Below are positions 45,282 through 57,410 of a stretch of 64,000 nucleotides of DNA, piece after piece. Location: positions 930,001-994,000 of the forward strand of contig BQFW01000008.1 of assembly GCA_020891255.1 (NCBI GenBank). The letters run 5' to 3'. Every line of letters starts with the position of its first letter. Position 1 is the stretch's first letter. The position numbers and the translations under genes are program-made. Origin of the DNA: Entomortierella parvispora E1425 (lineage: Eukaryota > Fungi > Mortierellomycota). The notes under the pieces are model-generated. The model made no database searches, was not told the origin of the DNA, and saw nothing but the letters and a program-made list of their open reading frames with translations.

Positions 45282-47931
45282 ATGAGGCCCCCGTTCCCTT
45301 CAGCCGCACAGGCCTACGCAGAATCCATCGACTCGGCCACTGCCAGCAGACACCACCCTGACGCACGTCTTACCATTCTCCCTCTTCCTTCTCTCGCTGC
45401 TCTCTACCCTCTTGACCAGGACCTTCACCTCCACCAGCACAACCACCACCACCACCACCACCACCACTCTCACAACCAGCAGCAACAACAACAGCAGTAC
45501 AGTCTTCACCAGACTGGCAACCTGTCCAGTGCTGTTGCTTCCTCGTCCTCTTCCTCTGCACACAGTTCGCTCGCTTCTTCCTCCACTTTCCCTCGCTCCC
45601 ATACACAGTCGATCTATAGCAGCCAACAGCAACAACAACAACATCAGCAACAACAACAACATCAACAGCAACGGCAACAGCCCTCATATCAGTCGTACGA
45701 CAAGCACTTCCAAAAGTCGCCCGCCTTGCGACCCGAGTCTCCTTCGAAGTCTAATAAGCAGGAATATCTTGGAACCAATATGGAGTCGCTTCTGGATGCG
45801 ATCGAGGTGCACCCCACCTTGTGTGCCTCCAGTGGCTCAATCTCCTCAGCTTCCTCCTGTGGCTCGCTCTCGCCCTCGACTTCTGTCGCCAGCCTGCCCT
45901 CAGCACCCTCGTCACCCATGGCCTCGTTTGCCACCACCGCCAAGGACGCAGAAAGAGCGACTGCTTGGACTGCGGCGGCATCCTCTGACGACAGTCACAC
46001 AAAGAGGACACGGGCCAGCCCCTCTCTCGCCCGCATGTCGATCAGCAGCCTCGTAGATAACGACGAGTCCTTCCACCGCCAAGGGCCCCAGCCCCAGCCT
46101 GAGGACAACAGCCATCGCCACCACCCCCGTGCCATGATGGCCCGCGCAACCTCACCGTCTGCTACCCCCAATGTGACCCACAAGCGCAAATGGTCGCGCC
46201 TCAGCACCCATACCTCGGATGATTCGCGCAGCACAAAAGTCCAACGTTCCCTTCTCTCCAACGTCCGCGCCTCCCCTGCCCCCTTCTCTGGCGCGGTCAG
46301 CAACAATGGCAGCAGCAGCAGCAGTAGTAGTAGTAGCAGTAGTAGCAATAATGGTATTCATCGACCAATGACGACTATCAGCTGCTACCATGCCTCGGTC
46401 GCACAAAAGTCGTATGGATCAGAGAAGCGATTCTTGTGCCCTCCCCCCATCGTACAGATCCAGGGACACTTGGACGATTCAAATTCGGGCCTCAGCAGCA
46501 AGCCCCAGGTCGCCATGTCAGTCATCTGTGACTCTGGTGAGAGCAGCGCCCTCGGCCAGCGATCGACCCTTGAGGAGGATCAGTCAAGCACCTTCAGATA
46601 CCTCTACGTCAGCGGCACTGCCAAGGCCAAGGCGTTCCAGCTCAAGCTTCAGATCTACGGACGCCCTTGCCTCCCCAACGGCTTTGTCTCTGGCGAATCC
46701 TTGCCTCAGACTCAGGCTCAGGCAGACGAGCCCTACGCCACCTTTGACTCTGCCCCCATCACCATCATCTCCAAGCCTTCCAAGAAGACTGCCAAAGCGC
46801 GCAATGTCTCGTCTTGCATCCTCGCCGGATCGTTGGTCTCGCTCTTCAACCGAATCAACTCACAGACCGTCCGAACAAAGTACATGACTGTGCAAGAGGG
46901 TGGTCTCTGTGCTAAGAGCTCGACTTGGTCGCCTTTCACCATCTCGATTGTCTCGAACGGCCCTTGCGCATCTGCTTCGCCACGCAGTGCCTCTGCAAAG
47001 TCGCACCATCGTCAGCCTGCTACGCCTTCCTCGACCCCGATCACTTATGGAGCCGAGATTGTCCTGACTGAGGTTGCCACTGGAGTTCAATCAGACCGCC
47101 TTATTGTCTGCAAGGTTGAGAATGGTCGCATTCTTGAGGGTGCTGTTGGACCTATTTGCCAAATGCAAAAGGTTGCTCTTCAGTCCCTGGACCGCAGCAA
47201 GGATGGTCAGCCTTTATACCTTGGTGCTGTCGGTGATGACCATCAGGGAGGTCGCTTCATGGACCATTCCACCGCGTCCAACACAATCCTCCGATATGAG
47301 GCTTCTACCATGACCGAGACGTCAAAAGCTGGTGGGGATGATTTCCTCTGCTGGACTATTGTTGGCATTTGTAAGTAGCTTTTCTTGCTCTTCCCTTTTG
47401 CTTTGTTGTCTCTTATGTAAAAACAAGTACAGCTTCCTAACCTTTACCTTTTTTTATTCTTTTGGACAAACAGCCAAGTTTGAGCACAGCTACTTTGAGT
47501 CTGCCAACGGTGAGAGCCAGGTCGCTCACAAATCCCAGCTGGCAACTCGGCCCATCACGCCTTTCCCCTTGCTTGTGAACGAGCCCGTCTACAACTCGAC
47601 CTCGCACTCTCTTGAGCTTTGCGTATCCTCCTTTTACTCACAGCCGTCTGCTGGGCTGGACGATGCCGAGCCTATGCAGGTCTGGCTTGGATCGAGTGGA
47701 CCTCTGAAGACTCAGATCATTCGACGAAATGTGATCGAAGGAGAGCGCGATGAGACCACGCTTCTTGCGGATCTCCCTCAAGGTCACCACCTCGAAAACA
47801 AGTCGTCCACAATGACATTGCCATTGCTGTTTGTCCGGCCCTGTGATGGAGTCAGCTACGATTCCCGAGTCAAGGTCGCGTACACTTGTCTGGGCGCTGA
47901 CAAGGATCGATGGGCTGTCCACCTGGTCTAG
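45282..47931 (+). CDS. Fungal CSL (CBF1/RBP-J/Su(H)/LAG-1) transcription factor; intron 47371-47473
   Basis: LAG1-DNAbind motifs CYHASVAQKSYGSEKRFLCPPP, FRYLYVSGTAKAK, FDSAPITIISKPSKKT. Beta-trefoil motifs VSLFNRINSQTVRTKYM, SSTWSPFTI, ITYGAEIVL, ICQMQKVAL, WTIVGI. Long Q/H/S-rich N-terminus as in fungal Cbf11/Cbf12-type proteins. Confidence 0.92.
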
Positions 47932-48575
47932 AGAAGACCTAAGGCCAGCTCTTTCTTTCTCTTTTCTTTCTCTCTTTCTTTCTACCTTCTCTCTCCATCC
48001 TATTCCGACTAGAGGAAGGAGGAACGGGCGACCGAACGCTGGGATGTCGAAACATATAACAAACTCCTTTTCGCAGGGATATACCCGAAAAAACGACAAA
48101 CCCCCCTCTTTGGACGCCAAATGTGCTTTTATACTTGTACCCATCTCTGTAATAATAACAATAGCAATAGTTAGCAATGCAATAATACTATCTTCAACTT
48201 TTCAACATATATGCCTTCCATCTCTCTTTGAGGTACTCGGTGGAGTGTCTACGGTCTTGTGTCAAGATGACAACGACGGTGGTCTCGACGGTTCGCGTCG
48301 CGTACACCCTTAAGCCATTTGTTTACCCTTTGACGCGTCCACAGAGTCAAACGAGACTCGCACGCCACCAATATGCACCTCGATGCAAACGAGAGAACAA
48401 GACAGGCACCTCCTTCATTCCTTTTGCCACCATCCATCCATCCATCCTTTCTCTCTCTCTCTCTCTTGCTCTCTTTCCTTTTTTCTGTCACTCGCCCCCT
48501 TTTGCTCCTCTCCCGCCTGCCCCTCTTCCTCCATCTCTCCCCATCAGGGACATTGCACCCAAATCAAAAGCAGCA

Positions 48576-51500
48576 ATGACACGACCCGAGGCGAACAACG
48601 TAAATGCACCTTCCTTCCGTCGCTCTAATGTTCTGCATGCACTCCCTGCTGTCCTCAACATGACCGACTCCTTGACACCTTTTTTACATTTTGTATTACA
48701 TTTGTCACTTGTAGAACAAGGCTTCTAATCTCGAGCCAGAGATCATCACGCGTAGATCCACACGCAAAAAGACCGAAACCGCGCCAGTGAAAGGTACGGT
48801 TCATTCCAATTGGTTCAGGACAACACCCACATGGCCCATTCGTGCATCCCTCACCCTCAGGAAAAGAAAGACCCTCGCCAAAGAAAAATAGTAATGCTAA
48901 CTGGAAGTTTACACCAATAGCTCCCGTAATTTCAAAGTCCAGAAGCTCGGCCAAGCCGACCAAAAAACCACTCTCTGCCGAGGAGATCGAGTCTGGAGAG
49001 GATGAAGAAGGCGATGAACGGAAATCTCGTTCACGCGCCAGTCGATCTGCAGCATCAAAGAAAGCGCCAGTAAAGCCTACGAATGGACACAAGGAATCAC
49101 AAAAGGCGCCAGCTAAGGAGGCAGAGAATGAGACAATAGAGAGTCGCGCCGACGATACCGACGATGCCGAGGACGACGACGATGAAGAAGAACAAGAAGA
49201 GGAAGAAGAAGAAGAAGAGGAAAAGGACAAAGTGGATGAAATCGATTCTTCTTCCTCTTCTGAAGATGACGACGACAATGACTCTGACTTTGAGGAGTCT
49301 CTTCCAGAGAAACCAGTAAAGGCCGAAAAGAAGCCCAAGGTGGCCCTCACAAGGATTCCTGTTATTAAGCGAAGCACAAAGGCACCGAAGGCACCGAAAG
49401 CGCCCAAGGCACCAAAGGCGTCCAAGGCATCCAAGACTTCAAAATCTTCGACAAAGGGCTCCGTTCAGCGCAAATCTGCTGAGGATGCGGCAGAAGGCGA
49501 GGCCGAGGAGGAAACGTCTGTTCTCTACAGTAAGAATTGATGGATCAAGCTGCATGGCTCCTTCCTGAATTTGATGGATTAGTTGCTCACTTTTATTTCC
49601 ATCTCCATGATACTCTATAGGTGCTGTACTTGATGCACAAACGGCCCTGGATGGAGTGGTAGATGAGTGGATCGAAGAATACGACAAGTCGAACGAGGAC
49701 GGCATGATGAAGTTGATCAACTTTCTTCTCCGTTGCTGTGGATGCACGCAACTTATTTCGGCCGAAGACTTTTCGAATGATGACATTCTGGAAACACTTC
49801 AGGGTGTATTGTTGAGATACAAAGAGGTAACAGAGACGCGTGAATGTGTAGATCTTGATATTTTCAGGGTGAAGGAATCTGACTGTACCTCTGTTTCAAA
49901 TCATAGAACACGTCCAACTTTGACTATCCAATCATCTCCAAGGCAAAGGAATTCAAAAAGTTCAGAAAAAACCTGCTAGAGTTTTACACGCGACTCATCC
50001 AAAAGGCCCAGAGCGAGATCATGTTTGACAAATACTTTATGGAAACTTTCCTCTCTTGGACCATCTCCCTCTCCGAGTAAGTTTCGTGCAACGTGCCAGT
50101 TTTTTATATTATTTTTGAAGCACAGTATAACTTATTGTTCGGATTTCTTTGTGACACCCTTTAGTACTACATTCCGACCAGTTCGACATACTGCCACCGT
50201 GGTTGGCCTCAGCATTGTATCGTTGCTTGCTGAGGTTGCGTCCGAAATTCAGGATGAACTCAACATTACTAGTCGCCAGCTGGCCACTAATCAGAAGCAA
50301 AAGTCTGCTCAGACAAAGATCCGTCAGCTTGAAAAGAAACTGAGGGAAGGCAAGGAACGTCAGGCAGATGTCCTGCAGTGGATCAACGAGATCTTTGAGA
50401 GGTAACAATTTCAAGTCTTTTTCCCACATTCTCTTTGATCTTTGAAATGCTGACTTTTTTCATTCATTTTTGGCTATTATCAGCGTGTTTGTACTTCGGT
50501 GTCGCGATGTGGACCCTCAGGTCCGTGCTGACTGTGTACGGGAGCTTGGACAGTGGATGGCCATCAATCCGGAACACTTTATCGCCTCATCCTATCTGCA
50601 ATATTTGGGATGGCTACTCTCAGACAAGGCAGCAGCAGTGCGCGTAGAGACTCTGAAAGTTCTTGCGAAACTGTACGAGAGTGAAAACCAGGCCAACGCT
50701 TTGAGACAATTCACGACTAGATTCACGGATCGATTTATTGAGATGGCTTTGGGTGAGTCTGATACATCCGCTCGCCAGGGAGCAATCCGGGTCGCCACCT
50801 TGATTCACAAGCATGGACAGCTGGAAGAAGAGGACCAGGTGAAACTGAGCGTGTTGATTTTCGGAGCCAATGCCAAGGTTCGCAAGTCTTTGGCCAAGTT
50901 TGTCAAGGCTCGAGTTTTTGAGGATGAGGTGGAAGGCAGAATGGCATCTTGCGAGGTTGCTATCTCGACGATGACTGAAAAGACTGAGATCAGGAAGGAT
51001 TGGGTAGAGCTGAAGTCCCTTGTAAGCTTCTTGATCAAAGTTGGCAAGGCGGAGGAAGAGCAAATCGCAGCCGGAAACAAGCCCATTGAACATGGTGATG
51101 GATCTCATACCCGTCTCATTGACGAGACCAAGGTCGGAAGAATTGCATTGGCTGTGGAAGCCCTCTGGAGTGAAATTGAAATGTTAAAGGTATTATATTC
51201 GTCATTACTGTGTTGGCATTGCGGGCGAAATGGCCGACTCTTACCGACCGCCCCTTCTCAACTTGCAACTATAGAGCTGGAAGTCAATCGCAGAATATCT
51301 CATCGAGGATCATTCGACAGCCCCACCGCAAGAGGCATCTTCTCAGCGAAGAGGTCCCAAGGCCACCACACTGGAGGATATTTATCACTTGGAGGAGGAG
51401 GAAGAAAATATCTTGCTCGAAATTTTCATTGCCAGTTTGCAGTTGACAGTCCACCCACCGGCAGCACCAGGATTTCAAAAGGACAAGGCAAAGCTCAAGG

Positions 51501-54054
51501 CTCAGCAAGACGAAGTAGCCAACGAGGTCGGGCGTTTCTGTGTTGGCGTACTTCCTCAGTTGTTTTCAAAATACGGTGTTGATGCTGTTCGCATCCGGTC
51601 CGTGCTTGTCATCCCGCAGATCATTCCGCTGAATGTGTATCTGGACATGCGCATGCTCACTGTAAGTCCTTATCGCTATTGACTATTGTTGTTGCTGGAC
51701 CTTATAGCCACAAAGACGTATGTAATAACACCCTACACATCCGATAGACATACGAGGAGTTGGTGGATGAGGTTATCAAGGTCTTCAAGAAGCACACAGA
51801 TACCTCGGTCTTACTCGCAGCAGCTACAACCCTTCGCGTCATGCTGGGCTATGAGATGCTGAGAACTTCGCATGAGGCCAAGATCGAAACTTTGGGCGCT
51901 TCTCTTGTGGAGTCGTTTTTAATCCAAACATCAATTGTAAGTCCTCGCTACATTGCGGATCAATGAGGAAATTATGGAAGTGCATGGATATGTCGTACTA
52001 ATTGTACATGTTACCCCTCTATTGTCGTTATCAGGACGACGAAATGTCGAGCAGTGATACCCTGGGCGAACTAGTGCCTTGTTTGGGACGAATTGAGCAT
52101 TTGATCAAGTGTACGGATTTGACTGGAAAGAAGACTCGCTCCACTGTGCTCGATCCATTTGATAGTCTGTTGAAAGTAATTGACAGCAACAAAACTGCTC
52201 ATGGAGAGCATGCAGAGGTAATACTTGCAAGTCTTTGGCGATATATTGATTGTATAGCATCTTGCCACAGTACTAATCCTACCATCCCACTCTAGGTATT
52301 GATTTCTGCACTCTCAGTCGCTTTCCTCTGGATCTCATGGGTTTGCAGGGGTGTTTCATCCAAGAGTGGACCTGACGCTGACTGGACTGAGCAGGATACG
52401 AATGAAGTTCTTGAAAAGCAGAGATCCTTAATGCGAGTTGCTTCTGACTTGGCCATCAAGGATGCACTGGACGTCGATACAAGAGTTCGCCGTAGAGCCT
52501 TCCAAGTCATTGGTGACATGTATTGGCTGTTTGGTGGAGACATGTTCCATGTGACCAAAGGCGATAACCGACACCTTCTTTACTTGGCATGCCCAGAGAC
52601 AACACAGGCAGAATGCGAAAGCTTTGTACGCTCAGAGATCGATCTGTGGGCTGCAAAGGTGCAAGAGAAGATGGCGACGCTTCAGGAACGAAGACAATCA
52701 ATGGCTGCTCGAAATAAGCGTGACAGAGGGGCAAATGCAGAGGAGGATGCCGAGGATGATGATGAGAACAATCTGGCAGATATCCTCGAGGATGAAAAGC
52801 AGGCTGCAGCACAAATAGAACAGGAAGACAAACACGAGATGTTCGGGACAGTGTTTTCATTCATGAGACAGATCATTCTCAAGGACTTCAGCATGGAGCA
52901 TGCCACAACCGTGCTGTCGCAGTTTGGGCGATTCGGAGTTGAGTTTGATGAAGGCGTCAAGCGGGTTGTAACAGCCATCAAGGCACAGACTTCGAGCGGC
53001 ATGTCAAAGCAGATCCGCGCGCAAAAGGCAGAGACATTCATGTCTGTTTGTTTGGAATCTCTCAAGAAGGTATGTTACTCATTTGTTGATGATGACTTCT
53101 TGGAGCGTCAGTGACTGATATTCCGCTTATATTTCGGCATAGGCCTTTGAGATCTTTTTGGATGGACACGTCAAGTCAACCAGTCAATCATTGCATTTGG
53201 CTAAAGTGCTCATGACTGCCATCAAACCTCCTGGATTCATGCAGCAGGTCCGCATTGGAATTGACGCACATTTGATCTGGCGCCTGCACACGCAGGGCGT
53301 CGTGTATATCATGGAAAAGCTCTCTCAACTCAAGGGCATCGACAACAGGCAAAATCTTGCGGACACGGCCAAGTTTTTTGAAATCCTGAGCCAGATGCTG
53401 TTTGGCGTTCAGGCCACAGCAGACCAGGTTGCCTCTATGTAAAGAATTTGTGTCCATTGATCCATGATCGGAATGGTCTCTTTGACTTGATTAATAGGCT
53501 AATTTTTTTTTTTTTTGTTTTCCTTCTCATTTTGTAGTAAGGAACTCATCACGTCGGAGGCAGAAAAGCATGGACTGGAGATTGACGACGATGAAGAGGC
53601 GGTGTGGGAGCCCCTTCGATCATACCAATCTAAACTCGAAAAGCTGTCACAAAAAGCAATTGTCGAAGAGGCGACAAAGGCCAGGAAAGCCGAGGATGCC
53701 GCAGCTGCCGCAGCCGCCGCAGGGACCCTCGCGCAAGAGGAAGACCGGGCACAAGCAGCTAATGCAGATGATGTAGAGATGGAAGTCGTTGGGCAGGATG
53801 ACCAGGCTGTTGGTAATGAACAAATCAGTGGCATTGGCAAGAAGCGTGGAGCTCTCTCGGACGATGAAGCGAATGAAGAAGAGGAAGAAGAGCAAGTCGC
53901 AATCGAAACAGCGAGGACAGAAAGAAGAACCAGATCGCCCAGTGCGTCCGATGTAGCGGCTGAAGTAGCAAGTGGACCCGACAGTGGCGCAGAAAGTGAT
54001 TCGAGCTTCCGGAGTTTAACCATCAAAGATTCAAAGCGCATCCGCCTTGCATGA
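48576..54054 (+). CDS. SCC3: Cohesin subunit SCC3/STAG, multi-exon
   Basis: VVDEWIEEY...KLINFLLRCCGC, STAG domain FRPVRHTATVVGL, SCD region RDVDPQVRADCVRELGQWM...SYLQYLGWLLSDK...VRVETLKVLAKLY, FTTRFTDRFIEMA. The start at 48576 is inferred from a spliceable first exon. Confidence 0.9.
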
Positions 54055-54405
54055 ACAAGCAGATGGCCAACCCACCCCCCCTCACATTAGTTGCTTCATA
54101 AACCATTCAGATTTTTTTTTACAGGTCCAAAGGAATCTGTTTATTTTGAGCAGAAAAGAGAAGAAAGAGCCTGCTATGGTCCGCTGAGTGCGCCTTTGAG
54201 GTTCATCATTATACAGCATGATGTGGTATGTGCGAGCTGGATATATCAAGGAAAGGAGCAGTGGGACTCTTATTCTTCATGTCTGGTGTGACAACTCGTT
54301 CCCTCCAAGAGGTTGCTTTGGTAAAGGGCCAGCGACGGAGACAGTGCTCTTTTTTTCATTCTTTTTTTTTTTTTTTTTCCTCAACTTGAGGAGATGATGG
54401 CTCCT

Positions 54406-54660
54406 TTAATAAGCCTTCTTGCGGAAGGAAACACCCTCACTCAAACGAGCAAGACCACCAGTGGGCTGGGAGAGGACCATGCTGCACTTTGGGCAGTTGA
54501 CGACGGTGTCGGCATGGGAGAAGAGAGGGGTGATGGATTGGCAGCCGGAGCACTTGACGTCCATGTAGAATGAGTTTGGGCTTTGAACAAGACGCTTGAG
54601 CTTGTGGGACTTTTGCTCGGTGGCGGGGGTGGGGTTGAGGAGATCGTAGGCAAGAGTCAT
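54406..54660 (-). CDS. RPS27: 40S ribosomal protein S27 (eS27), intronless CDS
   Basis: DLLNP...[22 protein letters not shown]...[13 protein letters not shown]...[17 protein letters not shown], with the C4 zinc finger intact. Confidence 0.95.
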   Translation of the reverse strand: MTLAYDLLNPTPATEQKSHKLKRLVQSPNSFYMDVKCSGCQSITPLFSHADTVVNCPKCSMVLSQPTGGLARLSEGVSFRKKAY

Positions 54661-54825
54661 GTTGGGATGTGTAGGCTAGATGTGGAAGTGTAGTGAGAGT
54701 GTTTTGTGTTTTGTTCTTTCTTTTCTTTTTTTTTTTTTTTTTGAGAGAGAGAGAGTAAGGTGTGGAGAAGAGTGAAGAAAAGAAGAGAGAGGTGGGGAAT
54801 AAGAAAGGCCAAAGAGGGTTGGTTC

Positions 54826-54832
54826 TTTTATA
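54826..54832 (-). promoter_or_regulatory. Putative TATA box (TATAAAA) of RPS27, followed by a pyrimidine-rich leader
   Basis: The minus strand reads TTCTCACGGG-TATAAAA-GAACC about 165 bp upstream of the ATG. Confidence 0.5.
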
Positions 54833-55415
54833 CCCGTGAGAAGAGAAGGCAAGGATCCAGGATCCAAGACCGTATCGGGGTGGGATCGGGGTGGGATCGA
54901 GATCAGGCAGAACTAGACCAGTCAGAGGCGCCAGATCGGTAAAGTGGCAAGAGTTGTGGCTGGGTGTGGCTGAGAGGAGGGTGCCGGATTGGAGCCACGC
55001 AGGGTCTGGTGTCTGAGCAAGGCCCAAAAAGGCGTTTTTTCTTTCTTTTACAACAGGGAAAGAGCGCCAGAAGCTGGGGATTGGCGGTACAACTGCGCCC
55101 AATTGGACATGACATCATTTCTGCAATTGAAAAATTAAAAAACGCCATGTGACCATGTCACGTGTGGAGAAGGAGGGAGAGCGACATGGGCAAGAACGGG
55201 GGGGCATTCCCTTCTCTCTGTCATTCCATCCCCATTCTGACACGCTTTCACTCCTTCTTTTCGTCCTCTTCTTCACTGACACAACCACGATCATCCTGCT
55301 TGTCTATCTGCCTATCTATTCGCCTGCTAGTTACGCGATCCTCGATAGCAACAAACAAACAACAACACAACAAAGCTGCAAACATCAAACAATCCTTTTG
55401 GTATCCCGAACAATC

Positions 55416-56728
55416 ATGGAGGGCCTCAACAACAGCAATACCACGACTACCACGACCACCACCGCCAGTAGTATAATGAGTTTAAGTCTTCCCCTCGACA
55501 GCTTCGCGTCCGTGCCCGTCCAACCAACCACTCACTCGGACATCCAAGCTGTCTGCGTTGCTGAGGACACTGCCAAGGGTCTGCACTGCTATGTGTACTC
55601 TACCTGTATGTATCTCAAAAAGACCATGAATGAAGACACCTGCATCACTGCTGGCTCCTGTGCCTCATCTCCTCTCTCTCGTCTCTTACCTCTCATACAA
55701 AGAAAGGGACACGTCGCTGCTTTATAATCTCTCGACTATTTTTTTTTTACCTTTCTTCTTTGGTGCCTGGGCATTGCAACTTCACAAAGAGAACTTGTGC
55801 TACCTCTGTCTCTTTCTGTGCTTCTTTCTTGTTTTCTCACTCTTTCTTTCTTTTCCTCGATATGGCATGGAAACTCAATGACCGCAGTGGAGGGCAGAGG
55901 CCAGTGGCGTTCCTGACATCGCTATTAATGATTGCGCGATGATGCTCTCGAGTCTTTGTGGCAGCGAGACTCGAGGACAAAGTCGCCATGGTGCTGTTGC
56001 ATCCACAAAGGAAACGGCACTGTTTGTGAGGGAGATCAAAGCAGGTGTACCACCACCACCACAACAACAACCGGGGGGTGGTTATACGTTACGGGAGAAC
56101 AAAGATGGTGATGATGGGACTTCGCTCCACAAAGGGGTGATGCTGGAAAGTAAGGTCGATGCCACATTGACGATCACCTCGACAGATTCAAAGATGAACA
56201 CTTGGCTCGGCTTCAAGTCTCAAAGTGCACTTTTCCTGCGAGGTAACGGTTGGGATGACATGGACATTCGACAGGTAAGGCCAATGACAGTAATATCCCA
56301 AAAAAAAAAAGTGACCGATCGGTCAAGAATCAAAGGGCTTCCTTTGTTCCCCGTATGATTTCGAATGGAACGTACGGAGACTTTTTCGTTTTTCTTTCTT
56401 GCTTTCATATTACGCTCAGAGACTGATGATGTTGATTGTTCTTGCAATGGTAGAGTGTCGTGGCGGCTCTTGATCTGGCAGAAGAGCAGCTTGGTTGCCA
56501 CACTGTATATCTATGTCTTGAAAAGAGTAACGAGGACTTGGGTAAGTCATACTCTAGTTGTCCCATGATGGATGTACATCCCCGGGAACAAACTACTTAC
56601 TTTGTTGTCTTTCATATCACCTAGCTAAACTTGTCCGTTCTTTGATGTACGCTGGATTTGAAGTCGTACATCCGGGCGTGTTGGCCCAAGCGGATCCAAA
56701 GTATCTAATCATGGGCATGGAGCTATGA
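55416..56728 (+). CDS. OAZ1: Ornithine decarboxylase antizyme, +1 programmed frameshift; exons 55416-55605, 55888-56274, 56454-56541, 56625-56728
   Basis: ORF1 (72 aa) ends ...YVYST|LEGRGQWRS* at TCC-TGA (55911-55916). The +1 frame continues DIAINDC... to DIRQ|SVVAALDLAEEQLGCHTVYLCLEKSNEDL|AKLVRSLMYAGFEVVHPG...YLIMGMEL*, the antizyme C-terminal signature. Confidence 0.93.
55911..55941 (+). promoter_or_regulatory. +1 ribosomal frameshift site UCC-UGA-C with an adjacent 3' hairpin (CAUCGC/GCGAUG)
   Basis: The shift site is identical to the canonical antizyme site. A 6-bp stem 55917-55922/55936-55941 with a 13-nt loop is seen in the sequence; its function is inferred. Confidence 0.8.
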
Positions 56729-57410
56729 TATTCCTTTTTTTTTTATTTGTTCTTTACTGCCGTGTACATTGTTTCTTTTTTTCCTTTTTTTTTCAACCCT
56801 GCAATAAAAAAGCCAAGACATCAAACACGTTCCATGAACTACAGAGATCTAGAGGATAGGACATCCCATTCACTTCTCGTTCCAAAATTGCTGGAAGCTG
56901 ACCTCCAAAAAAAAAAAAAAAAAAAAAAGATCGGCCTGAAAATGACAGGTTCTGTGACACGGCAAAATTGTTTGTCGTGGGTCCGCCGTGAATAAGAATT
57001 TAGACGACAGTTCCCGACAAAAAAAGTTGAAGGATCGCTGCTTCAATTAGTGATCGAAACCCTCCCCTCTCCTCCCCGAGGATGGATATAAAAAGGAAAG
57101 AGTCCTTGACCGAGAAGAAAGGCACTAAAATCAAAACGCTTCATCATCGACCCCCCACCCTGAACAAAAGACGTAGTCTGCTCATATCCCGTCATCCAAC
57201 TTTCATCTTTTTTTTCCCCCTCCTTTCCCTCTTTTTTTTTTCTGCTTCTGCACACTCTTCCAAACCCTCTCCACTCCTCCTTTACCCACTCTATTTCTAC
57301 TCGCCTATACTTCTTTCCACCCCCTCCTTCTTTCCTCCCCTCGTCTCCAATTTCGTCCATCTCCCTCTTTCTCCCTCCCAGCAACAACAACAACACACCA
57401 TATCATAGCC

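Noticed and set aside
48655-49434. 259-aa minus-strand ORF, and similar long antisense ORFs over CWC25, the capping fusion and CSL
   Set aside because: Antisense shadows of low-complexity coding regions.
55939-56358. 139-aa ORF as an independent hypothetical protein
   Set aside because: It is part of antizyme ORF2 running on into intron 2.
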